Source of the DNA: the human T2T-CHM13v2.0 reference genome, Homo sapiens
DNA length: 64,000 nucleotides
Assembly: GCF_009914755.1 (NCBI RefSeq)
Contig: NC_060947.1
Reading direction: 5' to 3' (one strand)
Shown: positions 33,390-48,653 of the stretch, piece after piece
Position numbering within the stretch: the stretch's first letter is position 1
How the letters are laid out: the number at the start of each line of letters is the position of its first letter
The notes under the pieces: model-generated
The model's input: only the letters and a program-made list of their open reading frames with translations
The model's database searches: none
Told to the model about the DNA's origin: nothing
Translations under genes and position numbers: made by a program

Positions 33390-35130
33390 ACTCCGCACAG
33401 GGAGACCACCAAGCTCTGCCTGGGTTACCCTTTCCTACAGTAAACTGAGGCAGTCATGTTACTCAATTTGTTTTTGTTTCTCACCTCTTCAGATTACTCT
33501 TTCACTGCTTTATGTTCAATATCTTAGAAGTTTTCGTTTCATGTATGCTGCCTAGTTTATTTCATTGCTTCAGGGGGAAAGGTAAATCTGGTAGCCTTTT
33601 CTGCATCTTTACCAGAAATAGAATCTCATGAAACATAATTTTTAATATCCCATATTTAGCACGATCCTATTCAGACTAAGAAAAAGAAAATGGGAAAGAG
33701 AATCTTCATCAAAGATTTTCTAGAAAAGATTTTTGAATACCCAAGAAGTTATACTAAGTTAAGACGGTCACTCTTTTTCTATTGGACACTGTTGTACTTG
33801 CATGTGATCCTGAAACACTTTTTGTAGACATGCTAATCCTAACTGGGATATCTCTCTGATGCTGACAGCAAGCTCTCAGGGCCTTCTACAGGCAGGAATC
33901 TGCCACCTTGTAATGATGAGGGTTTATCTCAGAGACCATGTTGTCATAATTTGGCTTTCCCCAGTGGGTACCTTCAACTCCTTCGGGCTGTTGACAGTTC
34001 CTCCAATGTCCACTCGTGGGTGTGAAGTCAATGTTGGTTACATCTTTTACAGCCTGACCCATGAGAATAGATTTCATTCACTTCAAATCTATTATTATAA
34101 GTGAGAGACAGGAATGACATCAACCCCCCACCCCAACCTCACACCTCATGCTTGTTCCCCGTGCTTCCTACATTTGGAAGAGCATGAAGACTGCGATAGT
34201 GTCTCAGAGCCAAGTCTGAGAAACTGTGAAGGAATCTCGAAACTTGTGCCATTCAGAGAAAAACCTTGATCTCCTGGTCACGATGGGGGAGGGGAAAGAT
34301 ATTGGGGTAACTCACTGACAGATTTACTGCTGAGACCCAAGCAGAACCAATAAGGTCTAGATTTTTTTTGGTCCAAATATCTGGGTATAATAACATAAGT
34401 TACATTAGTAACAATATGTGACATTTGATGACAATTTGACACATCAGGGCATGGAGCTCTGTATTCTTCCAGCACTTCACTTAAAATACTCAATAAATTA
34501 AAAGATATGTAGTTCTATAACCATTTTATAGATAAGGAAACCGAGACCCCAAATGGTTTATTGACTTGTTTGACAATGGACTCCCCATCTGTGTGCTCCT
34601 GCTGGATCCTGTACTTTGCCTACCTGTGCCCCGTCACGTAGTGTTGAATGGAAAAAGCTATCTCTGTTTCTCACACAGTATATTGGGAGATGTTAGGATC
34701 TAGAGAAAATAGGAACTTAATAGAACCAAGAGGCCTATATTCTTCTCTCCTCCTACCTTTTTGTAGCTATGAGACCTTATCTTCTGAATTGCTTTTTTAC
34801 TTAGTTTTAATGTCAAGGAAACGTGGGGGACGGCTCCTGAGATAGTGGTTCTCAAAGTACTGCCTACACCTCAAGCTGTGTACAGTTGAGACAAAAGCTG
34901 CCTTTGAATTTTTGCTCTAACAGCAACAGTAAAAATAAAAAGAGCTCACATGCAGTATTATTTTTTAAAGGTGCATTGCCTCATTTAAGCCTCACAGAGA
35001 CAATGAGTGCACGTTTTTAAACACGTTACAAATTCAGATAACAATAAGTGACAGATTTGAGGCACAAATCAAAGTAAATGAATGTCAGTTCAAAGCCTCT
35101 TTCTTCAAAATAAGTGTTTCCCAAACTGAA
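33390..35130. repeat. Old duplicated block, copy A (paralog of 46075-47790)
   Basis: Collinear direct similarity (e.g. tttaatatcccata.ttagc, atctcagagaccatg, cggctcctgagatagtgg), sharing an L1M 5'-end junction and a MIR. Confidence 0.88.
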
Positions 35131-36113
35131 ATGTGAGGATCATAGTAATTCTGTAAATTTAAACCCGGGATAAAGTATAAAGTTTATTTTTAAAAAGCAT
35201 GTTGGTACCCTGTTGTAGTAGTTTCAGTCATCTTGAGGCTCTCTAGATAGCTATGCCTTCAGATATAAAATGTAATTTGCTTTAAAAACTATTTTTTAAA
35301 ATGGCTGACTTCTCCCTAGATTTGGCAAAACAAAACAAAACAAAACATATAAGTATAGATTCAAGGAAATAAGTGAACCCCAAATTTGGTAATCCAAAGT
35401 AATCCATGCTAAAGCACATGATATTTAAACTTCTGAAACCTCAAGACAAAAAAAAATCAAGAAACAAAGCACACAAATATGATACATTACTTATAGGGGA
35501 ACATAAATTCTAGTGACGGCAGATTTCTCTTTCAAAGCATGGAGGAAAGAAGGAAGTGACATGACATTTGTTCGTGTTCTTGAAGAATAAGTTGACAAGT
35601 GCAAATTTCGTATCTGGAGATATTATCTTTCAGAAATGAAAGGAGAATAACGACATACTCAGAACAAGAAAAACTAAGATACCGTGTCACTGGCAGACCT
35701 ACACTTAAAGAATGGCTAAAAGAAGCTCTTAAAAAAGAAAGAAAGGCATAACTGAAAAAAGCTGGAAACATAAGAAAGGAAAAAAGAAAAAAATGAATAA
35801 ATGGAAATAGGATTAAATAATATAAGCTACACTTCTCTTCATGAGCTTCTTTGACCATGCTTGACGGTTCAAGCAAAAATTATAACATTTGTTTTAGTGT
35901 TCAATCCGTGTCAGAAAGTACTTGAGACAATTATATTTTTAAAGCTAGGAAAGTGTACAGACCTAAATGGAACTTTCTATACTTCATGCAAAAGCATAAA
36001 ATATCAATACCTATAGATGGTGGTTAAATATATATATCTAGAGTAGTTACTTAAAAAAAAAGATTCAAAGTGATATACCTAAACGTATTATAAAGAAATG
36101 GAAGGGGAATTCT

Positions 36114-36231
36114 TTTTTTTTTTTTTTTTTTTTTTTTGAGATGGAGTCTGGCTCTGTTGCCCAGGCTGGAGTGCAGTGGCGCGATCTCGGCTCACTACTA
36201 CAACCTCCACCTCCCGGGTTCAAGCGATTCC
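36114..36231 (-). mobile_element. 5'-truncated Alu (part of right monomer)
   Basis: Long pure T tail plus ~92 bp of Alu; exact 14-bp TSD GGAAGGGGAATTCT (36100-36113, 36232-36245). Confidence 0.9.
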
Positions 36232-36430
36232 GGAAGGGGAATTCTAAAACGTTTCCAAGTAACTGCATCTCCAAAAAAAAAAAAAGGTCTGTAAAACTCA
36301 TAAACCTTGGGTGAGACTTATGAAGATAAAAGGAGTAAGACACAAATTGGTAATATCAAGAATCAATACTGGGAGGCACATCGCTAGAGACCTTCATGCC
36401 AATAAATTGAAAATTTAGAAGTGGACAAAC

Positions 36431-36768
<338 letters not shown>

Positions 36769-37129
36769 TTAAAATACTGAAAACTTAAAATACTGAAACC
36801 TGAGAGAATACGTTAAAACATGATTTCATCTGTAAATGCGAAATAAATGCAATCAGTAATTAAATACTTTTGACAAAAAAATCTCTAGTTCCAGATGGTT
36901 CATAAATGAGTTCTGTCAATGCTTAATGTGAGAGATCACTCCAATACTGCACAACTTTTTCAGAGAATAGAGCTAGCGAGTACACTACCCCTTGTGTTTT
37001 ACCAAGTGAACCTTGACACAGAAACTAGATAAGGATAATTTAAGAATGGCAAATTTCAAAGCAATCTGTCTCAGAAACATACGTGAAAATATCACATGCA
37101 AGGTACTTGTTTAAAAAGCTAGCAATATC

Positions 37130-37479
<350 letters not shown>

Positions 37480-37508
37480 TAAAAATTTTTGAAAAAAAAG
37501 ATAGTACA

Positions 37509-37922
37509 TGACGTGATTTGGATGTCTGTGCCCACTGAAGTCTCATGTTCAATTCTAATCCATTGTGTGAAGATGGGGCCTGGTGGGAGGTGACTGGATT
37601 GTGGGGACCGAGTTCTCATAAATGGTGTAGCACCATCCCCTTGGTGCTTTTCTCCTGATAGTGAGTTATCAGGAGACCTGGTCCTTTAAGTGTGTAGCAC
37701 CACCTCCTAATCTGTCTTCCTCCTGCTCCAGCCTTGTATAGAGGTGCCTGCTTCCTCTTGGCCTTGGGACATGATTGTAAGTTTTCTGAGGCGTCCCCAG
37801 AAACAGAAGCCCCTATGCTTCTTGTGCAGCCTGTAAAACCATGAGCCAGTTAAACCTCTTTCTTTTATAAATTACCCAGTCTCAGGTATTTCTTTATAGC
37901 AGTGTGAGAACAGACTAATACG
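37509..37922 (+). mobile_element. MST-type MaLR solo LTR (MSTB-like)
   Basis: tga..gatttggatgtctgtgccc...aattacccagtctcaggtatttctttatagcagtgtgagaacagactaatac. Confidence 0.82.
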
Positions 37923-39449
37923 CTATATTATGACCAAGTTATATTTATTCTAGCAAAGCAAGGTTGGTTTAACATTAGAAAAGAAATGAATGTAATTCAC
38001 CACTTGAACAGATTAAAGGGAAGAACTAAACTAAATGTGACCACCTCAATAGATACAAGAAAATAATTTGGTAAAAGTCATCATTCATTCATGATGAAAC
38101 AACCTGTGGAAAAGACGGAATCTATGAGCCTCTCCGAGAGAGTTTCAGATGCAGTGTTGCAGTTGACAGTCTTTGGAGGTATGTCACAACACCGGAATTC
38201 CTACTAGGAAGAGGTAATAAGTTTAAGTGCATGAAGACTAGAAGAAGATACTGCAAGCTAAATCCACCTAAAGTAAAGATAAAATTCAAGAAGCAAAGTT
38301 GAAAAGTGCTTGCCAATCATATCGCAGACAAAGGGTGGATTTCCCTAATAAGTAAATACCATCAGTGGATTCATTTTTTGAAAAAAGGAACTAAGCCTAC
38401 TCTATTGTCATTGATAACGCTAGCTGCTGTAACAGATGAACTCCAACCTCTTAGTGGCCTAACACTATGAACATTTTTCTTGCCTACATTTTTCCAAAAG
38501 GAAACAGGACTGGGGAGGGTTGGCTCTTCTTTTTGAAAACAATCTAGGACCAGGCTGACAGAAGCTCTGCCATCTTCAACACCTGGCTCTATAAGTCGCT
38601 CTGGGTGTCAACATCTTTCCAGCAGATGGGGAAGAAAGAGTAGGAGGATCTCATAGGAGGTTTTTATGAATCATGCTTGGGAGAATTGCCACTCGGGCCC
38701 ACCATCCATTGCCCAGGCCTCAGTCCACCAGCCACAGTTACCTGCCAGGAGGCTGGGAAACCCCAGGAGGAAAAGAAAACAGGTCTGGAGGACAGCTAGT
38801 CAGTCTCTGTATATGTATGCCTGAACAGTTCACAGAAAGAAAAACACAAAAAGCTCCCAAATGTATATAAAACTTCCCAGCCTCACTCCTAATAAGAGAA
38901 ATGGGTTTCTGAAGCACAATAAAATACTGTCCAGGATCTATCCTATGGACAGATATGCAAATGTTTGAAACAGACTGATTTGGTGAGGATATGGGAAGAG
39001 TCACATTCCTGCATTGTTAGTATGGGTGTAACTTGATGTAACACCTAGAGAAGGCAATTTAGCAGTATCTGTCCACATTGTGTGTGCTTTACCCCCCTCC
39101 TCCAGAAATCCTGCTGCTATGAATTTGTCCTTTGGATGTACTTGCACTTGTATGGAATGATATAACATGTTAGTTTACTCGATGCGGTATTGTCTGTAAT
39201 AGCCTAAGCCTGGGCAAACCCCTGTGTCAACAGGGCACCGGCTAAATAAAGAAAAGGATATATCCGTATCAAAGGATACCATGCAGGCATGGCATAGAGC
39301 AGAATGCTTTTACCTCTGTGGAGCTACACTGCATGGGTGCAAATCCTGGTTCTTCCCTCGTTTAGAAGTATTACCTACGGCAAGTAATGTCAATTGCATG
39401 TGCTCTTCACTCCTCATGCACAAAATGAGGAAAGCACCTACTTCCCTAG

Positions 39450-39871
<422 letters not shown>

Positions 39872-40239
39872 CAGGAGACATTCTGAGATGGAAAAAATGC
39901 CAGGTCAACACAGCGTTTGGTACACGCCTTAATACAGAAAGAGGAGTTTGGATGATGTATATGCCTGAATACCAGTGATGTTCCTCCAGAAGGGTATCTA
40001 AAAGCCTGGTGGGAAAGAGGAGTGGCCTTTGGGAATGAGTTCTGGATGGTTCAGCAATGGAGGTGAGAAGAATCCGTTGCCTGCACATAGTTTAGAAACT
40101 TTGGAATTTTACACCAAGTGTGCATGTATCACCTATTCCATTTCTTAATCTTTGCTAAAGGAAAGAACAGAAAAGAAAAAAAAAAATAACAGGCTTTGGA
40201 GCTATGCAAGCCTGAATTTGTGACCCTTCTCTACTAAGC

Positions 40240-40822
40240 AGGTCAAACGATATAAGGAGGGACCTCATATAACAGGAGCATGTGGGGTCCACTGTTCAGA
40301 AGCAGCAAAATCTCACTTTCTTTTCTGACTCAATCTCTGTTTTGACCTCTCAGGATTTTTGTAGTTGTAATTTAATGTGGTGCTGCCTCAGTTAAGGGGA
40401 CACGCATAGGGTGAGTGGAGATCCTCCCAGGTGTCCAGAGCCCTGCCCTGTGGCTTGGCATTCCCACCCTGCCCCTCCCTGCACCCACACCCAGGCCTTC
40501 TCCTGAGGGTGAAGTGCAGCAGCAGTCGCTGGGTTGGCAGAGGGAAGGGGAGTCTGAGAGGGTGGGTGGGTGATTGGGCAGCAGAGAACCTGTCCCAGTG
40601 AGGCCTGGAGGTGGTGGAAGCTGGACCACATGATAGCTGAGGCTCCAGGACCCCAGCACACACTGCACCGTTTCATCACACCTCACCTACCAAGCACAAA
40701 TTCAAGGAAAGAAATAGTTAAGAATTTCAAGACAGCCACACTAAACCGCAAGCCCAGGGACCCATTCTGAGCATGGAGCCGTGTGGGACCACTTTAGTTG
40801 CAGTTTCGTGAAACTGGCCGTG
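40240..40822. mobile_element. MER45B-like hAT-Tip100 element, apparently inserted into a MIR
   Basis: cacaaattcaag..aagaatttcaagacagcc..gggacccattctgagc..gaaactggccgtg; MIR core (ctctgtggcctcagtttcctcatc) resumes at ~40850. Confidence 0.6.
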
Positions 40823-42039
40823 CTACCACATGTTACTTGTGTGCAATGACCTAACTTCTCTGTGGCCTCAGTTTCCTCATCAGTGATATAGATATTGAAA
40901 AAACCATATAGGGTTTTTGTAAGACTCAAATAACATACTACGTGCTAAGTACTTAGCAAAGCATGTGGCATGGTATAAGTCTCGACATGTCAAGTAAAAT
41001 TATTGTAAGCCGGAAATAAAATTCTAAGGCTCCCAACCATCTGAGTGTTTCATAGGTAAACGTTGTAGCATTTTCATTTGCCCTTGTTCCACCTTCTCCC
41101 TGACCTGGTGGCGGCATTGCACCCAGCAGCCTGCATCCCACGTGTGGAACCCTGGTACCTGGTTCCGGAAGGAGAGAGCAGAGCTTATGCAAAAATCATG
41201 GTTTTCATTGGTTCTAACCCGTCCAGGGGCTTCCTGAAGGACAGAAGCAAAATGCTCCTCTCTGTTTGACCTAACAGGGAAGTCAGGGCAGAAAAAGCTT
41301 GGGCAGCTCCTGAAAACCTTATAAGGCAAATCAAAAAACGGCAACTGCGTGAGGCAGAAACTACAGTTGAAACCTATAGCAGATAACCCAAAACCTGGGG
41401 GATACGCTGGCGGACAGGCCATTTGGGAAATTAGATCATTCGGAAGCAGTCATGTACCCTGGGGATTGTCAAAAGCCAGGTGCGTGCCCAGGATTGGATG
41501 CATGCTCAGGAAAGACCCGAGAAGACCCTAAGCTTTCACCGGCTGATCTCTGGACTCAGTCTAAACAGGAAGTGACAGCCAAGACAGAGTTGTAAGTGGC
41601 CTGGCTGAGGTTTGAAGGAGTGCTGCAGCCCAGAGCGAATCCACAAAGGCTGACAGAGGAACTTTTTGCTTTTTTTTTTTTTATTAAGCTCTGGGCTGTC
41701 AAGGAAATTGCTGTCAAAATACAAGCAGAAAACAAACTAAAGGAACAGAGAGTTCAGTGGCCACATGTGACAACGAATGCAGGCTCTCCCAAAAGAGTTT
41801 GGAAAACCCTCTAGACAAATCAATGACTGCAGCTTTCAGAAATCAGCAACTGCAAATCCTGGAGAAGGTAGAGGATCTAATATTCAGTGTTACCACATTA
41901 CCACAATCAAAGACCTAGTTTTCAGCAGCAACAAAAGAATCCAAAAGCCTACAAGGGAACTTGAAAGTATGGCCCATTCAAAGGAAAATTGCAAACTGAC
42001 AACTCAATGGTAGTTTCTCAAAAAGAAGAGTGTTTCCTC

Positions 42040-43560
42040 CTGTTCATAGAGTTGGAGCTATAAAATGATATGAGGACAGAACATTCCATTGTGCTCAACA
42101 TTATGAACACCATGGTGACCTTTGAGAGAGCCATTTCATTGGGATTTGGGGGAAAAGAATGAGTTGTAGGATGAATAGGTGATGAAGTAATGACAAGTGT
42201 GGAGAGCTCCAAGTTTCATTGTGAATGGAAGGAGATGAGGTAGTGGGTGCAGGGTAAAATGGAGAAGACGGAGGGTGCTTTGAGCGTTTGATTGTTGATT
42301 TTTACCATTATAAGGTTTTCATGACCAGTGCGTGATTTAGTGCTATTGGAAAGATATATTTGGAAGGGCAGGTTGAAGTTGACAGGGGCAATCAGGGGAG
42401 TAAATGGATGATGGATGCTATAAGATTCCTGGGAAGATAGGAGCAGTGAGATTCAAAGCACACATTGAAGGATCACCTGGAAAGAGCAGGAGGGATGTTC
42501 TGTCATAAATGGAGGAAAGGCAACAACTTGTACCTGTACATGCAGGTAGGTGTTTACAATTGCTGGTAGGAAATGGAGAGAGTCCTTCCTGAGGTCTTGG
42601 ATTTTCTCAGGAAAATAGGAGGTGCGGCCAGCTTCTGAGAATGAGGGAAAGGAGATCAGGGGTTTCCAGAGTCGTACAGTTGTGTAATAAATGGTCATTA
42701 CAGGTAGTTGGAGAGAGAGCTGGTTGGGAAAATACAGTAGACTAACTGACCCCCATATAGGGCTTGGTTGAGGTTGATGTCTACGATTGTCCGTGGTACT
42801 GGTCTCCGGACTCATCTGACTTTTCCCCAGTCTTCTGCTGTTTCTTGACTTCAGGCCTAAGTTCATCCGGTCTTTGGTAAGGGAACGTTTCTGGGTTGGA
42901 TGACTGAGCAATGCTAGAGTACTCAGTTGAAGCATTAAATACAGGGGCGTGCACACATTTGCAGGTGAGGGGAGTGCACTGAGAGATAGATCTGCGTTTG
43001 AGGTGCTTGTGAAAACATCCAGGATGTACAGAAGGCAACTGGATGTTTCAGTGTGGTGCTCAGCAATTACTTTCAGACCAGGAATACACGTTTGTGAATC
43101 CTCTCAACAATCAGTCAGGCGAAGCCAGGAGCGTGAGTTAATTCACCCCAGGATGTAGGCAAGATAGCCTGTAAAGAGCTGGCCGAGGACCAAACCTAGG
43201 GAATAGTAACACTGAAGAACACAGGGAAACAGAAGTCCAGGAAGGAGATGGAGAGAGAAATCTCCGAGGAATAGGATAGTAACTAGGAGAAAAAGTAGTA
43301 CCACAGACGTGAAGGAAGGAGGGAGGGTTATGCTGTGGAGATGTAAGGCCAGATCATAAGGGAGAGAGGAGTCCATTGGGATTCATTAGTTAGGACATCC
43401 TTGTTACCTTATGGACAGCTCGGGGTTGGGACAGCTCGGGGGCCCACGTGAATGAAGACAGACTACATGAAATTGAAGAGTGAGGAAGAGAAGTCCAGGG
43501 TACTTCATTTAAAAGGAAATGAGGAAGAGTTTGGTAGGTAGAGCGGAAGACAAAGGAAGG
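42040..43560 (-). mobile_element. L2 LINE fragments
   Basis: Purine-rich decayed L2 (ggtgacctttgagagagccatttc; gtttgaggtgcttgtgaaaacatcc..gaaggcaactggatg). Confidence 0.6.
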
Positions 43561-44319
43561 TTATTTAGGTTGAAGGATACTTGAATACATTTTTAGAATC
43601 AGGAGAAGGAGACCTTAGAAAGGGAGAAAGTGAAAATGCAGGAGTGACAAACTCCATTTTTATCATTCTAATCTCTTATTCTCAGAGCAACCCTCCAGGG
43701 AAGGTAGTAGTATCGCTGTGGCAGCGATGCAGAGTTGGCAGAGGTGAGACAACTGCAAGGGAGAATTTCAGTCACTCGCCTGTGGTCACACAGCTAGTAA
43801 GTGGGATCCGGGACTTGAACACAGTTATAACTCCAAAATGGTTGCACTCACCAGGGTAACTTGTCACAGATACCTTGAACCTTGTTCTTTCTTGGAAAAA
43901 AAAAAAAAAAAGAAATTGACATACTAGACTCAGTACATTGTTTAAACATTTACCTTCTTAAAGAATCCTCCCCGTACTCTAGTAAGTAATATGAGTTTCA
44001 CCCTTCCTGGAGTGGCTGTTAATCCCAGGCACTCAGTTGAATGTTTCATATTCATTGTTATTTAATTCCCACAATGTCATGTCAAAGTAGAAGTAATTAC
44101 CTCAAAGATGAGGAAATGAAGTTTCACAGCGGTCACAGCTCTTGCCAAACTACACGTTAACCATTGATTTCTGCTTCTCATCTCCCAAAAATACATCAGG
44201 TTATCAGTGCTTTTCAAAAGTCTCAACCAATTAGTGGACATGAATGTTACTCATGTACATTTGGAAATAAATAGAGGTAAGTGTACATAAAGTGGACGAT
44301 AAATGGTAGTTTTGAAAAA

Positions 44320-46050
44320 AGACTTTGTTGGCATATAATCCACAGGCCATAATCTTCACCCATTTCAAGTGTACAATTCAGGTGTTTTTCTTTTCATTCT
44401 GCATATTCACAAGGTTCTGCAACCATCACCACAATCTCATTTTAGAACCTTATAATCACCTTGGAAAGAAGCCCCATACACATTAACAGTCACTTCCCAC
44501 CCTGTTCTCCTTCTCCAAGCAAATGGAAATCAAATTTCTTAGTCCATAAGTTTACATATACTGGACGTTTTTCCAAATGGAATCACATAATATGTGGTCT
44601 TTTGTGATTTTCTTTCATGCAGCATCACGTGTTCTAGGCTCACGCATGTTATGGCATGTATCAGTATTTCATCCCTTTTTGTTGCCAAGCCACACTCCCC
44701 TGAATGGAGAAACTAAATTCCATCCGTCAGTTCATCAACTGATGGACGCCTGCGCCACTCGCAATCTTTGACCACTAGGAATAATGATACCGTGTATGTT
44801 TGTGTACAGGTTTTTGTTTGGACATAGAGTTTCATTTCTCTTTTGTAGAAAGCTAAGAGTGGACCTCCTGGGCCATATGGAAATTGTGTTTCTGGTACTG
44901 AGGAGCAGCCAAATTCTTTCAAACCAGGCTGCCCTATATGTTATAGTCCCACTAGCAGTGTATGAGGACTCCAATCTCTCCACATCCTTGTCAGCAGTTG
45001 TTATCGCCTGTCTTTTTTATTCTTGTCATCCTACTGAGTGTGAAGTGGTAGCTCATTGTGGTTTTGATTTGCATTTCCCTACTGGCTAATGATGATTGTG
45101 GGTGGCTTTTCGTGTGCCTATTGGCCATTTGTGTACTTTCTTTGGCAAAATGTCTATTCAGATTCTTTGCTCCTTTTTGAATTAGGTCATCATTTGACTG
45201 TTGATTCATCAGAGTCCTTTGTATATCCTGGATACATCTATGATCAGATGCATTTTCTACGGGTTGTCTAAAACTCCACGTTATCTACTTTTTTGTTTTG
45301 TTGCTTGTGCTTTGGTGTTGAATGCAGACACACACAAAAGCCTTTGCCTAAGGGAAGGTCACAACGTAAGACTTACGGAAGAGAAATGTAAGATTTAGTC
45401 TTATATTTCCTTATAAGAGTTTTATCACTGTAGCTCTTATATTTAGGTCTCTGATCTGCTTTGAGTTAATTTTTGTATGTAGTGTGAGGTAAGGTCCAAT
45501 CCATTCTTTTGCGTCTGGCGGTCCCTCGTCATTTTGTGAAATTACTTTCTTTCTTTATTTTTCAATTGACAAGTAAACATTGTATATATTTATGGTGTAC
45601 CTCAGGATGCTTGATATCTGTATATGTTGTGGAATGGCCAAATCAAACTAATTAACATATTCCACCCTTCACATATTTATCAGTTTTTTGTTTGTTTGTT
45701 TGTTTTTTGTGGGTAGAAACACCTAAAAGCTACTGTCTTACGAATTTTCAAATAACCAATCTATTGCTATTGAGTATAACCACTATGACTTACAATAGCT
45801 CCCTTGAACTTATTCCCCCTGTCTAACAGAAATTTTCTATCCATTGCCAACACTCCCTATGCCCCCCAACCCTTAACCTCCAGTAGCCACCATTTGTACT
45901 CTCTGCTTCTATGAGTTCCAATTTTGAGACTCCACATATAAGTGAGATCACTTGCTATTTGTCTCTCTGTGCCTGGCTTATTTCACTTGACCTCACATGC
46001 TCCAGGTTCATTCATGTTGCCACAAATGGCAGGATTTCTTTCCTTTTTAA
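44320..46050 (-). mobile_element. Old L1M and L1MA 3' fragments
   Basis: Minus ORF 44991-45209 ([25 protein letters not shown]); second reversed 3' end at ~45550. Confidence 0.75.
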
Positions 46051-46074
46051 GGAGGACTCATGTTCCTACCACGT

Positions 46075-47790
46075 ACCCCACAACTCGGGGAGACAACGTG
46101 GCTCCGCCTGAGTTCCTCCTCCCGCCAGTAGGCTGAGACAGGCGTGCGGCTCGACATGTCTCTTTCTTCTGTCTTGCAGATAGCTCTCTTCCATTGCATT
46201 AGGTCCAATATCTTGGAAACCATTGTCATCTCGGTTATTTCGTTGCTTTGCGGGGGAAGGATCAATGTGGTGTTTTTTTCCTCCAATGTAGCCAGAAATG
46301 CAATCTCCTGAAACATAGTTTTTAATATCCCATACTTAGCAAGATCTTATTCAGGTTGGCAGAAAGAAAATGGGAAAGAGAATGTTCGTCAAAGTGTCTC
46401 TAGGCAAGATTTTCCAGTGTGCAAGAAGATATACTCAGGCAAGACGGTTTTTCCGGTGGACACCCTTGTGCCTGCATGTGATACTGGAAATACTTATTTT
46501 AGAGATGCGAGTCCTAAACAACTATCTCTGGGATGCCGGGAGCAAACTCCCTGGGTCTTCTAGAGGCAGGAATTTGCCACCTTGTGATGATGAGAGTTTA
46601 TCTCAGAGACCATGCGGCTATAATTTGGTTTTCCCCAGCTGGTATCTGCAGCTCCCCCCGGCTGTTAACAATTTCTCCAATGTCCACTCCTGGGTCCGAA
46701 GTCACTGTTGCTTACATCTTTTACATCCTGACCCATGAGAACAGCCTTCGCTCACTTCAAGTCTACTATTTAAGTGAGAGACAGTGATGGCATCAACCCC
46801 ACCAACCGCACACCTCACATTGGGAAGAGCATGCAGACTGTGATAGTGGCTCAGAGTCAAGTCTCAGGAATTGTGGTGGAGTCACAGAAACTGTGGTGCC
46901 ATTCCCAGAAAAACCTTGATCCTGGTCATAATAGAGGAGGGGAAAGGTATTAGGGTAACTCATTGAGGCACTTACTGCGGAGTCCCAGGCAAAAGCGATA
47001 GGGTCTAGGTCCCTTTGGTCCAAATATCGGGGTATAATGACATAAGTTATATTAGGAACAGTGGATGACATTTCTTGACAATTTGACGCATCAGGGCATG
47101 GAGCTCTATATTCTCCTTCCAGCACTTCACTTAAAATGCTCAGCAAATTAAGATATATGTAATTCTGTCGCCGTTGTACAGATGAGGAAACCAAGGCCCA
47201 GAACGGTGTACTGACTTGTCTGACAGAGGGTGCCCTATCGCTGTGCTCCTGCAGGACCCTGTACTTTGCTGACCCGTGCCCCCGTCACACAGTTTTGAAT
47301 GGAAAAGGCTATCTCTGTTCCTCACGCCATACATTGGGAGACGACAGTGTCTAGGGAAAGTTGGAACTTAATAAGGAACTGGAAGGCCTATGTTCTTCCC
47401 TCCTCCTACTTTTTTTGTAGCTGAATTGCTTTACGCTCAGTTTTTACATCAAAGAAATGTGGATGACGGCTCCTGAGATAGTGGTCCTGGAAGTACTGCC
47501 TACACCTCAGGCTGTGTGCAGTTAAGACAAAAGCTGCATTTGGATTTTTGCTCAAACAACAAGAAGACGAATAAAAAGGGCTCATATGCAGTAAGTGCTT
47601 ATATAGGCTAGGCTCCATCATTCCTTCATGGGCATGCTCTCACTGAAGCCTCACAGAGAAGGTGAATGCAACTTTTAAAACTTGTTGCCATTTCAGGCAG
47701 GAACAAGTAGCAGAGTTGGGACACAAGCCCAGGTGGATATCCGTTCAAAGCCTCTGTCCTCAAAATAAGTGTTTTCCAAACTGTGATATG
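46075..47790. repeat. Old duplicated block, copy B (paralog of 33390-35130)
   Basis: Minus ORF 46793-47194 (SILSEVLEGEYRAPCPDASNC..YVIIPRYLDQ) matches 34278-34493 (SILSEVLEEYRAPCPDVSNC..YVIIPRYLDQ). Confidence 0.88.
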
Positions 47791-48339
47791 CAGGTTGTTT
47801 GTGGCCATAGACACAAGTATATTGGCACATGAAGAAACAACGTGGGGGCTCATGAAATAGCAGAACATCCAATCTACGGTCATTTCAGATTTTTATAGGA
47901 GGCCCGCGTCATGGTGGCGTGCACTGGGCAGCTGGCCACAGGATCTCGGCCAGGGATGAAGAGCTGCTTTTGATGTGAGGAGGAGATAGGGTGAAATGCG
48001 TAGAGAGTTGGATCCATGAAAACAGAGAGGGGCCAGGATGAATGGGGCAGAAGTGCCTGAGAGCTACTTTTTTCCCCAGTCCTTACTGACCATGGTATCC
48101 AATCACCCTGGCTTTCCAACTTCTTCCTGCCACCTGCCCTCTTGGCATCCATGGGCTTGGTCCTTCCATTATCAGCGTCTCAGTTTCTTTCTCCACCAAT
48201 TGAGATTAACAATAGGTGTTCTGAAAGACTTTAGTGAGAAGTAAATAAAGGAACACACGTGAAGTATTTGTGAGAGAGAGAGAGTCCTTAGGTCTATTTC
48301 ATATTTTTCATTTTCAAAGGCACATGTACAAATTATGTA

Positions 48340-48653
<314 letters not shown>

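Noticed and set aside
38100-38310. Stop-poor stretch resembling a processed pseudogene fragment
   Set aside because: Loosely matches decayed L1 ORF2 sequence and is flanked by L1 remnants.
46047-46316. Minus ORF MFQEIAFLATLEEK... as a further exon of the relic gene
   Set aside because: Overlaps the shared L1M 5'-end sequence, so it is transposon-derived.
46370-46787. + strand ORFs shared between the duplicated blocks (..AGICHLVMMRVYLRDH.., also 33859-34104)
   Set aside because: Similarity follows from the DNA duplication; no matching + strand splice or start signals found. A + strand reading cannot be fully excluded without alignment.
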